From Promethearchaeota archaeon (lineage in GTDB: Archaea; Asgardarchaeota; Lokiarchaeia; Sigyniarchaeales; SOKP01), in assembly GCA_048939015.1 (NCBI GenBank), contig JBHLPW010000030.1, positions 1-57,538 of the forward strand: DNA of 57,538 nucleotides. Direction: 5' to 3'. This document shows positions 1-9,567 of this stretch, in pieces (the stretch's first letter is position 1; each line of letters opens with the position of its first letter). The notes under the pieces were generated by a model, which did no database searches, was not told the DNA's origin, and was given only the letters and a program-made list of their open reading frames with translations. The position numbers were made by a program, and so were the translations under genes.

Positions 1-105
1 TCCGGTCCCAGCGTCATCAATTTCTATTGTTCTTCCCTTCCACTCGCTGGGATTATTAGTGGACTGGCACGACACAATGTCGTCTTTTTCCATTTTTGTC
101 TTCAT
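1..105 (-). CDS. 5' part of a CDS running off the window edge; conserved hypothetical, possibly RNase H-like fold
   Basis: ATG at 105 opens MKTKMEKDDIVSCQSTNNPSEWKGRTIEIDDAGTG with no stop before position 1; IEIDDAGTG resembles the first acidic motif of RNase HII-like proteins. Confidence 0.5.
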   Translation of the reverse strand, partial: MKTKMEKDDIVSCQSTNNPSEWKGRTIEIDDAGTG

Positions 106-364
106 TAATAAATTAAATAATTAGAATCATATATAGCTTGGGTTTATTTCTTAAAGTGATTTAAACTAAGTATTATTTATAGAAAAATTGTTTCTCAAGC
201 TCTCTTCTTATCTCGTCTTCTAGCAAGAAAAACTTATAGGATTTATTTGTTATTTTCTTTATACTCTTATTTACTAGGATTATAATATATAGATCTTTAT
301 GTTTCTTTAGCTATGATCTTTAACCTCTAAATTCCTCAAAATTTAATATTTCATCAAATTAAAT

Positions 365-592
365 TTAAAAATTATTAAAAATCCATTTTAATTTACATTG
401 ATGGGAACAAAAAAGTCGTTTTTTTGGGTTTTGACTGATATTAATATGATGATATTGCTTATTCCATTTAGTACCCACAATGTGTTTTCCACAGAATTCG
501 CAACGAAGTATTACTGGTTTCTCCCTTTCTTTAACATTTTTTAAATTTTGCATCAGGTATGAAGTAACTTTTACAATTTCTTTGTTGTTCAA
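365..592 (-). CDS. small Zn-binding protein (TRASH/MYM-like treble clef)
   Basis: CEFCGKHI...LFCSHQC four-Cys pattern; TTG start. Confidence 0.65.
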   Translation of the reverse strand: MNNKEIVKVTSYLMQNLKNVKEREKPVILRCEFCGKHIVGTKWNKQYHHINISQNPKKRLFCSHQCKLKWIFNNF

Positions 593-809
593 AGAATTTT
601 AATTTTAAATAAAAAGACTATGTTTATCTAAATGTTTAAAGCCTTATATATATAAGTTAAAAAAAAGGAACGAAAACTTTAAACAAATCTTAAAAATATT
701 GTTCAGTTATGGGAAAACTGGTTTTAATATAATTAAAATTTAAATCCTTAGTTAATTTATTTCAAAATACAATAAAATTTTATTGACATTAATACAGCAG
801 ACTAAATAT

Positions 810-1652
810 TTACCTTTTTATTATTTTTCGCTCAAAATCCATAGCTTCTAAATCAATTAAAGCACAATTTAGGAAATTTTCATGTTGGTGAGATTGTCCT
901 GGTTGTATACATATAGTCTTCCCTATTTGAGCATACCATTTGCCTGAAACCTCAGGAGATTCATGTATATGGCCATGGAGCGATAATTTTGGCTGATTTT
1001 CCTTAAAAAATAAATATTCTGCTTGTGATCCAACCCTTCTGCCATCATGAGTTACATCTAGATCTATATTGGCCGGAGGGTTGTGAAATACATAAATAGC
1101 GTTGTTCATATCGGATGGTTTTACTAGATTTCTAAGTTCATCTTCAATGGAAGGAAGAGTTTCAATATATGAAACCCAATCTTCAATTTTTTTGAACCCA
1201 TTTGGAGTAGATAGGTATTGTCTGCCAATTTGCCGTGGAAGTTTAAAATCCTTGGTATCTTTGCGTGCTCTGTCTTTTAAACCAAAAGGCAAGTCTGTAA
1301 CCCAATTCATCCCTATAAACTCATATTTACTTCCTTCAATTTGGAACTTGGATTGAGCTATATTAACTACATGTGAATAATTATCACAGGTTTTCTGAAA
1401 TAAGTCGTCAAACACGCCCAAATCATCATTTCCTAATAAAGATAAATAATAAATCTCCATTGACTCAAATTTCGAAAAATAATCCTCAAGAAATCCCGTT
1501 ATAAATTTATCTTGATGCATTAAGTTCCCTTTGAACGTAAGCATATCTCCACCGTTTACTACGGCATTAACTTTTAATTTCTTCGCGATTTCTAGGATTT
1601 TATTGTGTTTCCATTCAATCCCGTGGATATCGGTAACATATAATAATTTCAT
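810..1652 (-). CDS. calcineurin-like metallophosphoesterase (Icc-related)
   Basis: Motifs TDIHG, GGD, GNDD, HNPP, HGHIHE. Confidence 0.9.
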   Translation of the reverse strand: MKLLYVTDIHGIEWKHNKILEIAKKLKVNAVVNGGDMLTFKGNLMHQDKFITGFLEDYFSKFESMEIYYLSLLGNDDLGVFDDLFQKTCDNYSHVVNIAQSKFQIEGSKYEFIGMNWVTDLPFGLKDRARKDTKDFKLPRQIGRQYLSTPNGFKKIEDWVSYIETLPSIEDELRNLVKPSDMNNAIYVFHNPPANIDLDVTHDGRRVGSQAEYLFFKENQPKLSLHGHIHESPEVSGKWYAQIGKTICIQPGQSHQHENFLNCALIDLEAMDFERKIIKR

Positions 1653-1905
1653 AATTCAGTTTTTGAATTGTATTTATAATTAAAACCTTTTAATATAAAA
1701 ACTATAATCCTTCCTAATTGCTTTCTTTTATTTATTAAGATAAACTATAGTTTTCTTCCTTTTAACAATAACAAAAAAAATTTTGGGCTTTTTATTGGAG
1801 TTAAATGACCTATGAATTATTAAAAATATATTTAATAATGATATTGTAATTGAAATTCTAAGAACATATTGAAATTATAAAATATTCTTTAGAAATGGAA
1901 TAATC

Positions 1906-3420
1906 ATGATAGAGGAAATTGAAAAAATCCCAAATTCAATCATAATGAGAGATAATTTGGATTTTAAATATTTTATTGCTGGAAACTGGAAAAAATCAAA
2001 GTCTGGAAAAACAATTGCAGTAAAAAATCCTTATAATAATGAATTAGTAGGAACAGTACCCGCTTGCTCCATTGAAGAGGTTGATCAGGTGATAACTGTT
2101 GCTAAAGAAAATTTAGAATGTTGGAATGAAAAAACTCAAAAAGAACGAGCAGATATATTAAGAAAAGCCGCTATGTTGATGAGGGAATGGGCTAATCCCT
2201 TAGGATATATTTTGATGAAAGAAATCGGTAAACCTCTAAAAAGCGCCAAGTCAGAAATAAACCGAACTGCCGACTTATTTGACGCTACAGCTGAAGCAGG
2301 ATTGCAACAAGAAGGGGAAGCAATTTATGGAGATGCATTTAAAGGTTTCGGTAAAGATAAAATATCAATGACATATCGAGTTCCTTTAGGTGTAATCTTG
2401 TGCATTGGACCATTTAATTATCCATTTAATCTTACAGGATCTAAAATTGCACCAGCTTTAATGGCAGGAAATACCGTTGTAGTTAAACCTCCTTCTCAGG
2501 GTGCAATTACTCCATTATTTTTTGGATTAATTTTAGAAAAAGCAGGAACTCCTCCAGGTGTCGTGAATATAATAACTGGTAAGGGATCTGAAATTGGGGA
2601 TTATTTAGTACAACACCCCTTAGTTAATATGGTAAGTTTTACGGGATCATCGGAAACGGGTAAGCATCTTGCTAATGTTGCTGGAATGAAACCATTGTTA
2701 TTAGAATTAGGAGGAAAAGATGCCGCTATTGTATTAGATGATGCTAATCTAGAAGTAGCAGCAGATGCCATTGTGTCAGGAGCTTTTTCATACAGTGGAC
2801 AAAGATGTACAGCTGTAAAAAGAGTTCTACCTATGCCTGGAATTGCTGATCAATTATTAGAATTAGTTAAAACACAAACAATGAAATTAACTGTAGGAGA
2901 TCCTGAAAAAAATGCCAACATCGGACCATTGATAAGTTTAAAACAATGTGATTATGTTCAGGGACTAATAGATGATGCTTTAGAAAAAGGAAGTACCTTA
3001 GTATGTGGAAATAAAAGGGAAAATAATATTATGTGGCCGACGTTATTGGATAATGTAACTACTGAGATGAGAATAGCCTGGGAAGAACCGTTTGGTCCAG
3101 TATTACCGTTCATAAGGATTCATAGCGCTGAAGAAGCTATAGAAATATCAAACAAATCAGAATATGGTCTCCAAGGTATGATTTTCACAGAAAATCTTGA
3201 TTTAGCATTTAATATTGCACAAGAATTAGAAGTAGGAACAGTTCAAATTAACGGCAAAAGTGAAAGAGGTCCTGATCATTTTCCATTTTTAGGAACAAAA
3301 TCTTCTGGTCTCGGAACCCAAGGAATAAAATATTCGATCGAAGCAATGAGTAGGCCAAAAGTTATGGTTATGAACTTATCTGAAAAAGGGAAGTTAGTAA
3401 AACTTTGTAAATACGATTAA
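1906..3420 (+). CDS. gapN: NADP-dependent non-phosphorylating glyceraldehyde-3-phosphate dehydrogenase (ALDH superfamily)
   Basis: PFNYP, KPPSQG, FTGS, LELGGKDA, GAFSYSGQRCTAVKRV, EEPFGPVLP, RGPDHFPFLG, matching the GAPN subfamily. Confidence 0.85.
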   Translation: MIEEIEKIPNSIIMRDNLDFKYFIAGNWKKSKSGKTIAVKNPYNNELVGTVPACSIEEVDQVITVAKENLECWNEKTQKERADILRKAAMLMREWANPLGYILMKEIGKPLKSAKSEINRTADLFDATAEAGLQQEGEAIYGDAFKGFGKDKISMTYRVPLGVILCIGPFNYPFNLTGSKIAPALMAGNTVVVKPPSQGAITPLFFGLILEKAGTPPGVVNIITGKGSEIGDYLVQHPLVNMVSFTGSSETGKHLANVAGMKPLLLELGGKDAAIVLDDANLEVAADAIVSGAFSYSGQRCTAVKRVLPMPGIADQLLELVKTQTMKLTVGDPEKNANIGPLISLKQCDYVQGLIDDALEKGSTLVCGNKRENNIMWPTLLDNVTTEMRIAWEEPFGPVLPFIRIHSAEEAIEISNKSEYGLQGMIFTENLDLAFNIAQELEVGTVQINGKSERGPDHFPFLGTKSSGLGTQGIKYSIEAMSRPKVMVMNLSEKGKLVKLCKYD

Positions 3421-3453
3421 TAAATTTTTTCCATAAATTATACTATATCATTT

Positions 3454-3723
3454 TTAACCCCAATCACTCTTATATCCAGTACCTCCTAAAGGCCAAGTAA
3501 AAAAAATTGCGTTCTTATTACAAACATACCAACAAGCTGCACACTCCATACATTTTTCCAAACTCTTAACTTTTGCTTTTTTTTCAATAATTTCAAAGCA
3601 TTCTGCAAGACATACTTTTACACAATTTCCGCATCCAATACATTTATCTTCATTAATTTTGATGAAATCTCCTGTTCCTTCAACCCACTCCACACCTGGG
3701 AATTCTTTATAAGTTTTTACCAT
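3454..3723 (-). CDS. 2x[4Fe-4S] ferredoxin (FixX-like)
   Basis: CIGCGNCVKVC and CMECAACWYVC; C-terminal WPLGGTG; lies directly downstream of the flavoprotein gene. Confidence 0.9.
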   Translation of the reverse strand: MVKTYKEFPGVEWVEGTGDFIKINEDKCIGCGNCVKVCLAECFEIIEKKAKVKSLEKCMECAACWYVCNKNAIFFTWPLGGTGYKSDWG

Positions 3724-3740
3724 TTTTGAATCTCTCCTAC

Positions 3741-5402
3741 TTAATTTTGAAAAATGTTTGGATTGGCAGATTTAACAAATTTCAATACTTTTCTACTTAA
3801 CCGATTTGAAATTGGATATAATAATTTTAAAATAATTGAATAAATAGGTTCAAAAATCTTCAAAGACTTTTTCATAATATTATTCAAAGAATCTGAAAGG
3901 GGAACTACTATTATAGAGAGTAATTTTTTTCTTTTTCCTAAGGATTTTAATAGAGAATCTATTAGTCTCAAATACCGCATAAATTTCATTTCCATTTTTC
4001 TAAGCTTTTTAGATGTTATTTTCCTAAATTTTCCTTTCCCAGAGTAATCATACCTCTCATAAATCCAGTTTTGATAATACCTGAAATACATTTTTATCCA
4101 TTTAGTTATTATTGTTGGATCATTATCCAAATAAGAAAGCAGCATTTTAAAAAACGGAGTCATAAAATGAGTCAAGGCTCCTAAACCCCATCCATTATGA
4201 ATATATTTTCTTAATTTTCTTATACTATGCTCCTTCTGGGCACTCCGTAAATCATATCTATTTCTTCCAGAAATTGACCATTGAATTATTGGATGTTCCT
4301 TTATTTTTCTATCATATTTTTCCAAAAATGATTTTGAAGTATTGTTGACTTTAATTGCTTCAATAGCTACCTTAGCAGCTAATTCTGCTGAAAACCAAGC
4401 TGCTGGTACCCCATCACATAACTCTGTACTTTCAAGACCAGCCGCATCTCCTATTAAAATCATTCCATCTGTATGATTAGGCATATTACGAAGTTTCTTA
4501 TTCAAACCAACATATATTTCAAATCCGTCCCACATCCTTGCTCTTAATTTCACCCGAGGTTCTACTAGATTTTTCCACCACGGTAATTTTTGAGTAATAT
4601 TTGTATGATATTCTTTAAAAAGTAAATTTAAGTTGGGTATAAAACCTCCATTTAATTTTAAACACTGATCTTGCATGAAATGTAGACTATTTCGATAAGG
4701 CCATACCATTAATCCATTTCCATGTCCAAGTGGAGGTGCTACCTTCTGTTCATCCCATCCCCAACACATCTTGACAGAATAACCAAAAATTTTATCAATA
4801 TCTTCTTTTGACATCTCGTAGTCGTATGCATCCGCCAAAGAAATCGTTTCAGGAGGGTATCTTTCTCTAATACCTGCCTTTATTGCTAACAATCCTTTTG
4901 ATCCTTCCGCATCAATAATAATCTTACTCCCTATTCGTTCTCCTTTATCTGTAATTATTCCCTTTACATTATTACCCTCTCTTATAATGTTTATCGCCGT
5001 AGTAGAAGTCTTTACTATAACACCAGCATCAACCGCTTTTTTAGCTTCCCATTCACAAAAAGGTTTGCAATACGTGTTATATCCAAAAGCAATTATAGGT
5101 GAGAATGGTTTTGGAACTCTTAGAGAATCATCAATTTCAATATCTCCATTCTCTATATCTTTTATAATATAATTTATTATCCCATCAGAAGGACGTTCAA
5201 TAGGAGGATTACCATCTCGAATAAATTCCGGTCCAAATAAAAATCCATAAAAAGGAATTGTTAATCCAGATATTACTTTATCTCCTACATTCTCAGACCT
5301 TTCGATCATTAACGTTTTCAATCCCGCTTCTGCACATATCTTTGCTGCTATTGGACCTCCAAATCCAGCACCAACTACAATAACGTCAAATTTTTCGTCC
5401 AT
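3741..5402 (-). CDS. FAD-dependent oxidoreductase, geranylgeranyl reductase/FixC family, with a long basic amphipathic C-terminal extension
   Basis: DVIVVGAGFGG, IIDAEG, LIGDAAG motifs. Confidence 0.85.
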   Translation of the reverse strand: MDEKFDVIVVGAGFGGPIAAKICAEAGLKTLMIERSENVGDKVISGLTIPFYGFLFGPEFIRDGNPPIERPSDGIINYIIKDIENGDIEIDDSLRVPKPFSPIIAFGYNTYCKPFCEWEAKKAVDAGVIVKTSTTAINIIREGNNVKGIITDKGERIGSKIIIDAEGSKGLLAIKAGIRERYPPETISLADAYDYEMSKEDIDKIFGYSVKMCWGWDEQKVAPPLGHGNGLMVWPYRNSLHFMQDQCLKLNGGFIPNLNLLFKEYHTNITQKLPWWKNLVEPRVKLRARMWDGFEIYVGLNKKLRNMPNHTDGMILIGDAAGLESTELCDGVPAAWFSAELAAKVAIEAIKVNNTSKSFLEKYDRKIKEHPIIQWSISGRNRYDLRSAQKEHSIRKLRKYIHNGWGLGALTHFMTPFFKMLLSYLDNDPTIITKWIKMYFRYYQNWIYERYDYSGKGKFRKITSKKLRKMEMKFMRYLRLIDSLLKSLGKRKKLLSIIVVPLSDSLNNIMKKSLKIFEPIYSIILKLLYPISNRLSRKVLKFVKSANPNIFQN

Positions 5403-5477
5403 TTCAAAACTCTTTCAAGAATTTTATAAATTTATATTTGATATTATCAGTAATAAACCTAGGTCACATCTATAATA

Positions 5478-6014
5478 TCAAGAATTTACCTTTTGAAGAT
5501 AATATTGCTCAATTAATAAAAAAATAAATGCATATAAACCATAGATAGAAAAAGAAGTTATAAACCATATTGGAAATCCAAAAATGTTTAATGATGGAGG
5601 ATTTTGAAAGAAATAAACTCCTAATGCTGCTGCAGTTGGATCCATTAGGAGTTGAAAAAATATTCCATAAATAGTCACTAAAGCAGAAATAAAGATAATA
5701 TTTTTTATAGATAAGTCAGTTCCTTTAGATTTTTTAAGAGAGTATCTAGCTAACTCAAAAACAACAATAAAAACTGTAAAAATAGTAATAGTATCATTAA
5801 TCAAGAATATAGGTTTTCCTATATCTAGTTCCGTACCCAAATCTGCTATGGAATATGTTCCCGTGAAAATAAGTGCTAAAACCATAGATGATAAACATAA
5901 ATTCGTGAGAATAGTCACTCTTAAGCCATACGTCTTAATACAATAATAATAAACCACTATTAAAATATAAAAATTAATTACAAGATTGAGATAATAATAT
6001 ATTATACCAACCAT
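5478..6014 (-). CDS. integral membrane protein, CruF-like (carotenoid hydratase family) resemblance
   Basis: About 5 TM helices; LMDPTAAALGVYFF...FGFPIW resembles the CruF DP...W...GVP motif. Confidence 0.5.
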   Translation of the reverse strand: MVGIIYYYLNLVINFYILIVVYYYCIKTYGLRVTILTNLCLSSMVLALIFTGTYSIADLGTELDIGKPIFLINDTITIFTVFIVVFELARYSLKKSKGTDLSIKNIIFISALVTIYGIFFQLLMDPTAAALGVYFFQNPPSLNIFGFPIWFITSFSIYGLYAFIFLLIEQYYLQKVNS

Positions 6015-6015
6015 A

Positions 6016-6174
6016 TCAATCCCTCCTCCTTTGAATTAGTGTAATTATTAATGGGATTAAAGCTAATGGTCCTGACACCACCAATATATCAAATCTTTGA
6101 ACTATAATAAGAAATATGAAATCCATTATTAGCGTGGCAGCATAACCAATTATTATCAGATCGATTTTCTTCAT
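6016..6174 (-). CDS. 52-aa two-TM peptide, or the frameshifted N-terminus of 5478..6014 (not in ORF track)
   Basis: MKKIDLIILVYAATLIMDFIFLIIVQRFDILVVSGPLALIPLIITLIQRRRD*; the stop lies 1 nt before the ATG of the next gene. Confidence 0.55.
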   Translation of the reverse strand: MKKIDLIIIGYAATLIMDFIFLIIVQRFDILVVSGPLALIPLIITLIQRRRD

Positions 6175-6201
6175 AATTTAACTTTTATAAATAAAACCAC
6201 C

Positions 6202-6732
6202 TTGATAATAATTATGATAGAAACTTTATTAGATCAACTTGAGAAACATGAGTTAAAAGAACTTCTTGTGAAATGTTGGATGACCCATGATGGTGCATGG
6301 TTTTATAACTGCGGTCGAGAGTTTGGAGTTGATACTGCTAACAAACTCAATAAAGCAGCTATTAAAAACTTGTCTACTATTGAGATGCAAAGAATAAAGA
6401 AGGCAATGGGGTGGGAAAAAGTAAAAATTGAAACGTTTGAACAAATAAAAGAGTTTATTATCAATGGTTTTAGTATTTTAAAGGGAGATTTTATGGATTT
6501 TGAGTATAGCTTCCCTGAAAATAATCGTATGCATTGGGAAATGAATCAATGTTTTGCCTATAAAGGTATGCAGATGTTTGGCTTTAGCAAACAATATGAA
6601 TGTGGTGTAATTTATCGTGTAAGTTGTTGGTTGGATGCTCTGGGTATCAAACATAAAATTGAACCGGAGATCGATAAGTGCTTGCTTAACTCTCGTGAAA
6701 TATGTTCTGGAGATATTATTATAAGCCTCTAA
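6202..6732 (+). CDS. DUF6125-like protein (V4R/ATC-hydrolase-like)
   Basis: CWMTHDGAWF N-terminal motif and conserved Cys in the C-terminal half; true start may be an ATG a few codons downstream. Confidence 0.65.
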   Translation: MIIIMIETLLDQLEKHELKELLVKCWMTHDGAWFYNCGREFGVDTANKLNKAAIKNLSTIEMQRIKKAMGWEKVKIETFEQIKEFIINGFSILKGDFMDFEYSFPENNRMHWEMNQCFAYKGMQMFGFSKQYECGVIYRVSCWLDALGIKHKIEPEIDKCLLNSREICSGDIIISL

Positions 6733-6806
6733 AACTCTAGTAAGCCAAATATAGGTTAAGAATTAAATATCTATTATTTTGAATTTATCTCAAACATAAG
6801 ATTAAA

Positions 6807-7100
6807 TTAGACATTAGTGGAGCCTATTAAGCTAAATAAATCTCTGGCTAGCTTCTTCATAATAGGTACGTGCCCTTCCGTTAGAATTTGCTCGTTAATA
6901 GCGATTGCTGGTGGTAATAAATCCCCATACTTTTTTTTGTTGTCAGGTGAGTAAATATCTTCATAACTCACGTCAATTTTATCATTAAATTCTGGTATTG
7001 ATGAAAACATTCGTTCAATTATGTTTCTTGTTTTACAGCATTTTGCACAATAGTTTTCTTCTTCAGGTTTTAACAAAACATGCAAAATAAGCTTAGAAAT
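6807..7100 (-). CDS. thioredoxin-like small redox protein
   Basis: YCAKCC and PPAIAINE...EGHVP; ORF track starts at TTG 7085, but the frame is open to ATT 7100 ((M)SKLILHVLL). Confidence 0.7.
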   Translation of the reverse strand: MSKLILHVLLKPEEENYCAKCCKTRNIIERMFSSIPEFNDKIDVSYEDIYSPDNKKKYGDLLPPAIAINEQILTEGHVPIMKKLARDLFSLIGSTNV

Positions 7101-7302
7101 TATTAACTCACTTATTTTTTTTTTACTTTTAGTTTAAATCATAAAATATTTTATTTAATTAAGAGTTTTTGAGAAAAATTAGTGTAATAACATACAAATA
7201 TCGATAAAGATTTTACTTTTAATATCCATTTGAGTTTGAGAAATAAACCTTATTTCTTTATTGAATAAACTTATTAAGATTCTTCTAACTCTCTATTATA
7301 TT

Positions 7303-8103
7303 ATGCATGAAATTACAACAACAGACATAAAATCCCTAGTGAAATCAGAAGGTATTGAGATAATTGGAGTATCTCCAATAAAGCCTCTTCTAACTGATAG
7401 TAGATATAAAAAGAATGTTAATCGGATCTGTCCAAATGCAAAATGTGTAATTGTATTTGCGAATATATTTCCTCAATCGATTCTAGACGCTTGCCCAGAA
7501 AACGCTCGATCAGCACGCTTTTCTTTAGAAGCTTTATATTCAGAAGGGGCAGAAATCTGTTTAAAAATATCAAGGTTTCTGGAAAAAAATGGATATCGCG
7601 GTGTAATAATCCCTGCGTATTTGCCAGTCGAAATGAATTATGAGACTTTCGGATTAAAAGGAGACCTTAACTTAAAACATGCTGCTTTTGAAGCAGGTTT
7701 AGGCAGTAGAGGAAAAAGCGATTTGCTTATAACACCCAATTATGTTCCTAGGGTTCGCCTTTTTGGCGTCATTACAGACGCAAATTTAGAACCAACTCCT
7801 AAGAATGATAAAAATTATTGTATAAATTGCAACATTTGTATAAAATCTTGTCCATCTGGAGCATTATCAGAGTCAGGTTGTGACCCAAGAAAATGTGGTC
7901 CTTATGCGATGAAATGGGGTTTACCAAGTATACTAAAATTTATTTCAGAATTACAAGAAGAAACATCTACTAGTAATATCTTTAAGAAATTGCGAGGATT
8001 AAAAGTGTGGAATTTTTGGCAAGCATTATCTACAGGAGCTTATTATGAATGTTTCATGTGCATACAATCATGTCCAGTAGGCAAAATTAAATTCAGTAAG
8101 TAA
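7303..8103 (+). CDS. epoxyqueuosine reductase/reductive dehalogenase-like iron-sulfur protein
   Basis: KHAAFEAGLGSRGKSDLLITP..PRVRL, CINCNICIKSCP, CFMCIQSCP; ATG 7303 preferred over TTG 7261. Confidence 0.8.
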   Translation: MHEITTTDIKSLVKSEGIEIIGVSPIKPLLTDSRYKKNVNRICPNAKCVIVFANIFPQSILDACPENARSARFSLEALYSEGAEICLKISRFLEKNGYRGVIIPAYLPVEMNYETFGLKGDLNLKHAAFEAGLGSRGKSDLLITPNYVPRVRLFGVITDANLEPTPKNDKNYCINCNICIKSCPSGALSESGCDPRKCGPYAMKWGLPSILKFISELQEETSTSNIFKKLRGLKVWNFWQALSTGAYYECFMCIQSCPVGKIKFSK

Positions 8104-8193
8104 AGCAAGTCGTAATATGTCTTTTTATTTTTTTCTTTATAATGATAAATAACTTACTTAGAATCATCACCCTCCCAACTTTATCGAATACTT

Positions 8194-8880
8194 TTACTTC
8201 GAATATTCACTAATAGCATTTTGAATTTCTTCTGCAGCTTTACTGGGATCTTTAGCACGAGTTATTCCTCCTCCTACAATAATAATATCAATTGGAAATT
8301 CCATTATATTAGCAATATCAGTGACTCTTATTCCTCCTGCGATCGCTAATCGTGGATGTTCACGGAGCCTCGCCACGGCTTCCAACTCAAACAATGGAGC
8401 TCGTCGTGAAGCTTGTCGATCTAAACCACTATGAACGAGGGCATAATGTAATTTTGTATTTTCATACTCAAGATCTATAAGACCTGCTAATGTGGTGACT
8501 GGTGATCGAGAAACTATTAAATCTGCCATAATTTCTACGTCAAAATCATGTGCGGCACGTAGAGCCTCTATAATAGTAACTTCATAAGCATCGGCAAGGA
8601 CTGTTATAATGCTTGCTCCTGCTTTAGCCGCCAACTTGACTTCAAGGTATCCAGCATCAGTTGTTTTTAAGTCTGCACATACTATCTTATCCGGGTATGT
8701 ATCTTTCAACTCTTTAATAGCGCACATTCCTGCTGATAATATTAAAGGTGTACCAACTTCGAAAATATCTATAAATGGAGCTACTTCTTTTGCGATTTTT
8801 AATGCATCGTCCAAATTTTCAAAATCTAAAGCTACTTGTAACCTTGCAGCTTTTTGCTTTTCTTGATTTTTTTTTGGCAT
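8194..8880 (-). CDS. hxlA: 3-hexulose-6-phosphate synthase (OMPDC/HUMPS family)
   Basis: LQVALD, EVGTPLI, ADLKTTDAGYLE, AIAGGI, IIVGGGIT. Confidence 0.8.
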   Translation of the reverse strand: MPKKNQEKQKAARLQVALDFENLDDALKIAKEVAPFIDIFEVGTPLILSAGMCAIKELKDTYPDKIVCADLKTTDAGYLEVKLAAKAGASIITVLADAYEVTIIEALRAAHDFDVEIMADLIVSRSPVTTLAGLIDLEYENTKLHYALVHSGLDRQASRRAPLFELEAVARLREHPRLAIAGGIRVTDIANIMEFPIDIIIVGGGITRAKDPSKAAEEIQNAISEYSK

Positions 8881-9069
8881 ATTTATCAATACTCATAGTG
8901 ACATTCTTATAAGTTCTTATTATGAAATTATTATTTAATTAATTTTCTTTGAATTATTTGATTTCTAAACCAAGTTTTTATACAGTTTAAAATAAAAATG
9001 CATGGAGAATTGATAATTTAATGGATTATAATATCAACATTTTTTAAGCAAAATCTACTCCATGATATT

Positions 9070-9444
9070 ATGACACTTGAAAGAAAGAATGCTCCTAAAA
9101 CATTTATTCCATTGTTTATGATTTGGATTTTCCTATGCAATCTAACGGCGATCATCTTAGCAATTATATGGAATATTCAATTTTCCCAGAACTTTTATTT
9201 CAATGCAACAATCTCATTGTATATCATCATTGCGATAAATATTCTTAGCATCATTCTTTTGTATCCATTACTAAGGATGGATCCAATAACACCATTTCTA
9301 AAGGGTGCAATCATCTGGTATATTGTGATATCGGTAATTTATATCATTTTGGGTGCTTATTTTGCACTCATACCTGGGACCATCCAATTGCTAGGAGATC
9401 TTTGGTTTCATTGGAAACGGAATAAAATCATAGGAGAAATCTAA
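9070..9444 (+). CDS. hypothetical membrane protein (3-4 TM)
   Basis: Hydrophobic 124-aa ORF with ATG start. Confidence 0.65.
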   Translation: MTLERKNAPKTFIPLFMIWIFLCNLTAIILAIIWNIQFSQNFYFNATISLYIIIAINILSIILLYPLLRMDPITPFLKGAIIWYIVISVIYIILGAYFALIPGTIQLLGDLWFHWKRNKIIGEI

Positions 9445-9567
9445 GTAAGATTAACGCAACTTAGAAGTGGTATAAAAAAATTAAGAATTTCGACTTAACC
9501 TTAGAGTTTTCTATAAACCTAAAGAGAAAATTTTTTTCTTCTTCATGCTTTCTTTAGAAATTTATTA

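Noticed and set aside
6016-6018. TGA as possible selenocysteine (also 24422-24424, 37561-37563, 43084-43086)
   Set aside because: There is no Cys-equivalent context; readthrough quickly meets another stop or non-coding DNA; three of these TGAs overlap GGTG-type RBS motifs.
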